From NCBI GenBank assembly GCA_963833985.1, contig CAWIAD010000002.1:1760001-1824000 (forward strand): 64,000 nucleotides of DNA, written 5' to 3'. The stretch comes from an uncultured Planctomycetaceae bacterium. Lineage in GTDB: Bacteria > Planctomycetota > Planctomycetia > Isosphaerales > Isosphaeraceae. Made by a program: the position numbers and the translations under genes. A model generated the notes under the pieces. The model saw nothing but the letters and a program-made list of their open reading frames with translations, was not told the DNA's origin and did no database searches. Positions 60,184-64,000 of the stretch are shown here, piece by piece (the stretch's first letter is position 1; every line of letters begins with the position of its first letter).

Positions 60184-61470
60184 GTGACGAGCGATCGACC
60201 GGAACCGGAGACCCCCTACGAGCCGCCCGGCGCCCCGAAGCCCGAGGCGGGCCAGGAGTCTCTCGAATCCTGGATGGCCGAGGAGCAAGCCGCGGCCAGC
60301 ACCCGCAGCTTGCGGCTCTCGCACCTGATGTGGCTGGTGGCCGGATCGGCCGTCGTCTGCTGGCTGATCGTCAAGATTGGCCCGATCGTCGTCGGCGGCA
60401 GCATCGTGGTCCTCTTCGCCATGGCCGTCGGTGCCGGAGTGATCCTGGCACGGAGGCGGAGCACCCAGCAGGATTCGCTGCTCTGGATCCTGGCCATCGC
60501 CGCCGAGGGGAACATGCCGCTGGCTCAGACGGTCGCGGCATTCGCCGACCAGTACCGCGGCAACTACCGCCGGCGCATCATGAACCTGGCCGCCGAGCTC
60601 CACGCCGGCCGCTCCGTGCCCGATGCGCTCGAGAGCATACGGCGGATCGTCTCGCGGGACGCCCTGCTGCTGGCCCGGATCGGCGAGCAGACCGGCCGGC
60701 TGCCCGAGGCCCTGCGCATGGCGGCCTCGTCGCGGGCCTCGCAGTTGCCGATCTGGACGGCCATCGCCAGCCGGCTGGCCTACCTGCTGGGCATGTTGCT
60801 CATCATCCAGTCCATCTGCGGCTTCATGCTTTACTTCATCGTTCCCAAGTTCGAGGCCATCTTCAACGATTTCGGGGTCCCTCTGCCAAACGCCACCATC
60901 TGGCTCATCCAGGGATCACACTTCATTATCAAGTATTTCTTCCTCACCGCCTGGGTCGCTCCTCTGGAATTCCTCATCCTGCTGTTCTTGCCCTTCTCGT
61001 TCGCCGGCTGGGTGAATTACGACATGCCGTTCTTCGACCGCCTGCTGAGCCGCCGGCACACGGCACTGGTGTTGCGGGCGCTCTCGCTGGTGGTCGAGAG
61101 CGGCAAGCCGATCGAGCTGGGCATGATGACCCTGGCCAGCCACTACCCGACCCTCTGGGTCCGGCGCAGGCTGATCAAGGTGGACGACCGGGTGCAGCTT
61201 GGCGAGCCCTGGATTCCCACGCTCTACCGGCAAGGGATCATCACGGCCAGCGATGCGCAGGTGCTGACCTCGGCGGCGGACGTCGGCAACCTTGGCTGGG
61301 CCCTTCGCGAGCTGGCCGAGACGGCCGAGCGCAGGCTGGCGTTCCGCTTCCAGACCGTGATCCAGACGCTCTTTCCCCTGGTGGTCATCACCCTGGGGCT
61401 GTTTGTCCTGTTCATGGCGGTGGCGTTCTTCATGCCGCTGGTGACGCTGCTGGGGAGGTTGTCGGGATGA
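60184..61470 (+). CDS. Type II secretion system F-family protein, paralogue 3
   Basis: IGEQTGRLPEAL, IVPKFEAIFNDFGVPLP, VGNLGWAL, FFMPLVTLL. Confidence 0.9.
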   Translation: MTSDRPEPETPYEPPGAPKPEAGQESLESWMAEEQAAASTRSLRLSHLMWLVAGSAVVCWLIVKIGPIVVGGSIVVLFAMAVGAGVILARRRSTQQDSLLWILAIAAEGNMPLAQTVAAFADQYRGNYRRRIMNLAAELHAGRSVPDALESIRRIVSRDALLLARIGEQTGRLPEALRMAASSRASQLPIWTAIASRLAYLLGMLLIIQSICGFMLYFIVPKFEAIFNDFGVPLPNATIWLIQGSHFIIKYFFLTAWVAPLEFLILLFLPFSFAGWVNYDMPFFDRLLSRRHTALVLRALSLVVESGKPIELGMMTLASHYPTLWVRRRLIKVDDRVQLGEPWIPTLYRQGIITASDAQVLTSAADVGNLGWALRELAETAERRLAFRFQTVIQTLFPLVVITLGLFVLFMAVAFFMPLVTLLGRLSG

Positions 61471-61925
61471 GACGCGATCCGCGCCGAGCACCGAGAGCAA
61501 CGAAGGCCGGCTGGCCGCGACGCGCACGCCGCGGGTCGCTGCTGGCGGAGGTCGCCGTCTCGGGCGTGCTGCTCATGGTGGCCATGGGTCTGACCGTGAA
61601 GGTGCTGGGCTGGATGGCCACCGAGCGCCGGGCCTGGGACCGCCGTCAGTGGGCCGAGCAAGAGGTCTCGAACCTGATGGAAGAGGCCACCAGCCTGCCG
61701 TTCGCGGAGGTCACCGCGGCGCGGCTCAAGAGCCTGAAACTCTCACCCCAGTCGGAGTCGCTGCTGCCCGCCGCCGAGTTCAGGATCGATGTCACCGACA
61801 ACGATCCGGCCGGTGGACCGGACTCGAAGCGGGTGGCGATCCATCTCCGCTGGCGCAACCGGGGCGGTGAGCCGGACGCTCCGGCGCGGCTGACCACGTG
61901 GATCTATCGCGGGAGGACCGAGTGA
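61467..61925 (+). CDS. Minor pseudopilin (GspI/PilV-like)
   Basis: RRG|SLLAEVAVS prepilin-like site; ATGA coupling to the upstream gene. Confidence 0.7.
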   Translation: MRRDPRRAPRATKAGWPRRARRGSLLAEVAVSGVLLMVAMGLTVKVLGWMATERRAWDRRQWAEQEVSNLMEEATSLPFAEVTAARLKSLKLSPQSESLLPAAEFRIDVTDNDPAGGPDSKRVAIHLRWRNRGGEPDAPARLTTWIYRGRTE

Positions 61926-62529
61926 TGCGCTCTCCAGCAGCCGGACCTTTCCGTGCGGGGCGGATGATCGGCGGGCCGTGCACGCCGGTCTCCCGGTTCC
62001 GGCGTGGCGTGACGATCATCGAGACGATCGTCCTGATGACCTCGGTCGCGGCCATGCTGGGCCTGAGCGTGATCATGCTTCAACTGCTCATCAAGCTCGA
62101 CGGCGATCTGCGCGGGCGGCTCGACGCCGCGAGCGTGCTGGCGCGGCTGGCCGAGCAGTTCCGCCAGGATGCCCGGGGCGCGGCCGGGGCCAGGCTCGTG
62201 GAGCCGAAGCCTCAGGAAAGCGCACTCCGTTTCGAGCCCGAACCCGAGCACGTGGTGGAGTACCAGGTGAAGGGCCCGGGCCAGCTCGTCCGCGTCGAGA
62301 CCACGAAGGGCAACCGGCTGCGGAGCGAGATCTACAAGGTGTCTCGCGGCGGCGCGGTCGTCCTGGGGATCGACGAGAAGAACGGCCGCCGGTTCGCCAC
62401 ACTGAGCGTCGACCGCAAGGCCGCGCCGAACCGTACCGATCCACCGCGCCTCTTCCGGGTGCTGGTGGAACTGGGCAGGAACACCAGCCGCAAGAGCGCC
62501 AGCCGCCGGCCGCAGGGGGGATGCCATGA
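61925..62529 (+). CDS. Minor pseudopilin (GspJ-like); probable frameshift near 62510
   Basis: RRG|VTIIETIV; probable true stop overlaps ATG 62526. Confidence 0.7.
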
Positions 62530-62978
62530 ACGTGAACCGCGGCCAGGAGCCGCGCCGGGGGCTGACCACGGTGGCCGTGCTGGTCTGCCTGGTCGTCATC
62601 CTGCTGATCTCCGGAGTCTTGCTGAAGATCGGCGTGGCGCATCGAGAGACCGTGCGCGCCGCGGAGCGAGGTCTCCAGGCCGAGTGGCTGGCGCAAGCGG
62701 GGCTCGAACGGGCCCGGGCACGCCTGGCCGCCAGCGCCGGGTACGCCGGCGAGACCTGGCAGCTCACCGCCGCTGATCTCGGCCTTGCCGATCGGGCGCA
62801 AACCGCACCGGGCAAGGCCGCCGTCGTGCGGATCACCATCGAACGATTGCCCGGCGACCCTGCGCGGCGATCGATCCAGGTCCAGGCTGATTTTCCCCCT
62901 GACCCACCTTACCGGGCACGTCGTTCCGCACGCATGGTCGTGGAGCCCGGTGCGCCGAAGACAGGAGACTCGCGATGA
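62526..62978 (+). CDS. Minor pseudopilin (GspK/PilX-like)
   Basis: RRG|LTTVAVLV without E5; QAEWLAQAGLERA. Confidence 0.75.
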   Translation: MNVNRGQEPRRGLTTVAVLVCLVVILLISGVLLKIGVAHRETVRAAERGLQAEWLAQAGLERARARLAASAGYAGETWQLTAADLGLADRAQTAPGKAAVVRITIERLPGDPARRSIQVQADFPPDPPYRARRSARMVVEPGAPKTGDSR

Positions 62979-63913
62979 TTCGACGTTCGGATGTGCCTGG
63001 TGAACCTCGCTTCCCGAGCACCCGGAGGGCCCGGCCGCAGGTCCCCGGCTTCACGCTCATCGAGCTGCTGGTGGTGATCGCCATCATCGCGGTCTTGATC
63101 GCGCTCCTGCTGCCGGCGGTGCAGTCCGCCCGCGAGGCGGCACGCCGCGCCCAGTGCTGCAACAACCTGATGCAGATGGGCCTGGCGCTGCAAAGCTACG
63201 AATCGGCCCACGAGGCACTGCCCCCGGGAGTGGTGAACGCCACCGGGCCGGTGCTCGACCAGCCCAAGGGATACGGGTTCGGCTGGATGACCCAGGTCTT
63301 GCCGTACATGGAAATGAAGAACGTGTACAACCATTTCAACCTGCGGATCGGCCTCTACGAGCCCGAGAACTCGACCACGCGGACGAACCTGGTGCGCAGC
63401 TTCCTCTGCCCGTCGGACGGCGGTCCATCACGGGACAAGAACCGGGTTGCCATGACGAATTACGTCGGCGTGCATCACGACGTCGAGGCGCCGATCGACG
63501 CGGACAACCACGGCGTGCTCTTCCTCAACAGCGCCGTGCGCTACGAGGACATCACCGACGGCAGCTCGCAGACGCTCTTCGTGGGCGAGAAGCTGAACGA
63601 CGGGCTTGACCTGGGGTGGGCCTCGGGCACCCGCGCAAGCCTGCGGAATACGGGCCTGAACGTGAACCGCATGCCGCGTCCCGGACGAGCGGCCGCCGCG
63701 CAGAACTTCGGGCCTGGGGACGAAGCCGCAGCCCTGGCCAAGCTGGGCACGCCGGAGTTCGTGGGCGGTTTCGCCAGCAACCATCCCGGTGGCAGCAACT
63801 TTGTGTTTGGCGATGGATCGGTGCGGTTCATCAAGTCGAGCATCGCCGCGAAGGTCCTACAGCGGCTGGCCAACCGGGCCGATGGCGAGACAATCGACGC
63901 GGACCAGTTTTGA
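62975..63913 (+). CDS. DUF1559 prepilin-type protein with C-terminal H-X9-DG motif
   Basis: GFTLIELLVVIAIIAVLIALLLPAVQSAREAARR, FLCPSD, ITDGSSQT, SNHPGGSNFVFGDGSVRF. Confidence 0.95.
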   Translation: MIRRSDVPGEPRFPSTRRARPQVPGFTLIELLVVIAIIAVLIALLLPAVQSAREAARRAQCCNNLMQMGLALQSYESAHEALPPGVVNATGPVLDQPKGYGFGWMTQVLPYMEMKNVYNHFNLRIGLYEPENSTTRTNLVRSFLCPSDGGPSRDKNRVAMTNYVGVHHDVEAPIDADNHGVLFLNSAVRYEDITDGSSQTLFVGEKLNDGLDLGWASGTRASLRNTGLNVNRMPRPGRAAAAQNFGPGDEAAALAKLGTPEFVGGFASNHPGGSNFVFGDGSVRFIKSSIAAKVLQRLANRADGETIDADQF

Positions 63914-63972
63914 ACGTATCCAGGCCCGCGCGGGCACTGCCTTTGTTCCAGCGAGAGCCAGGTGCATCTCCC

Positions 63973-64000
63973 ATGAAAATTCGCCGCGGTTTCACGCTCA
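63973..64000 (+). CDS. Start of another prepilin-type (probably DUF1559) gene, truncated by the window edge
   Basis: ATG AAA ATT CGC CGC GGT TTC ACG CTC = MKIRRGFTL. Confidence 0.75.

Overview
GC-rich chromosomal window that looks like a planctomycete (Isosphaeraceae-like), inferred from DUF1559 prepilins, several CsrA paralogues and Pro/Ala-rich lineage-type proteins. Many single-base frameshifts occur, even in aspS, so this is probably an unpolished long-read assembly and most 'split' genes are probably intact. Housekeeping and metabolic genes include folC, an ACT + DUF711 pair, an amino-acid ABC transporter, an HpnI-like glycosyltransferase, dps, a UbiD decarboxylase, argC, an M16 peptidase, aspS, an MFS transporter, a Gfo/Idh/MocA oxidoreductase and a TrkA-type channel. 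A gspE + 3x gspF + pseudopilin cluster sits at the right end. Two accessory zones stand out. (1) 20.2-31.2 kb holds two double-domain CsrA-like genes with GGA hairpins in their leader. They are followed by a tandem triplication of an Rpn (PD-(D/E)XK) nuclease gene, each copy with its own promoter and a strong internal AGGAGGT-ATG start for a variable C-terminal antitoxin, then an SPFH protein and a lipase-like/macro-like/CHAT fusion. (2) 43.6-49.1 kb holds vapBC, an orphan gene with a strong promoter, a 1.2 kb nested palindromic repeat array, and a fluoride riboswitch-crcB operon. I found no tRNA, rRNA or CRISPR array. All calls are by eye from motifs; no searches were run.
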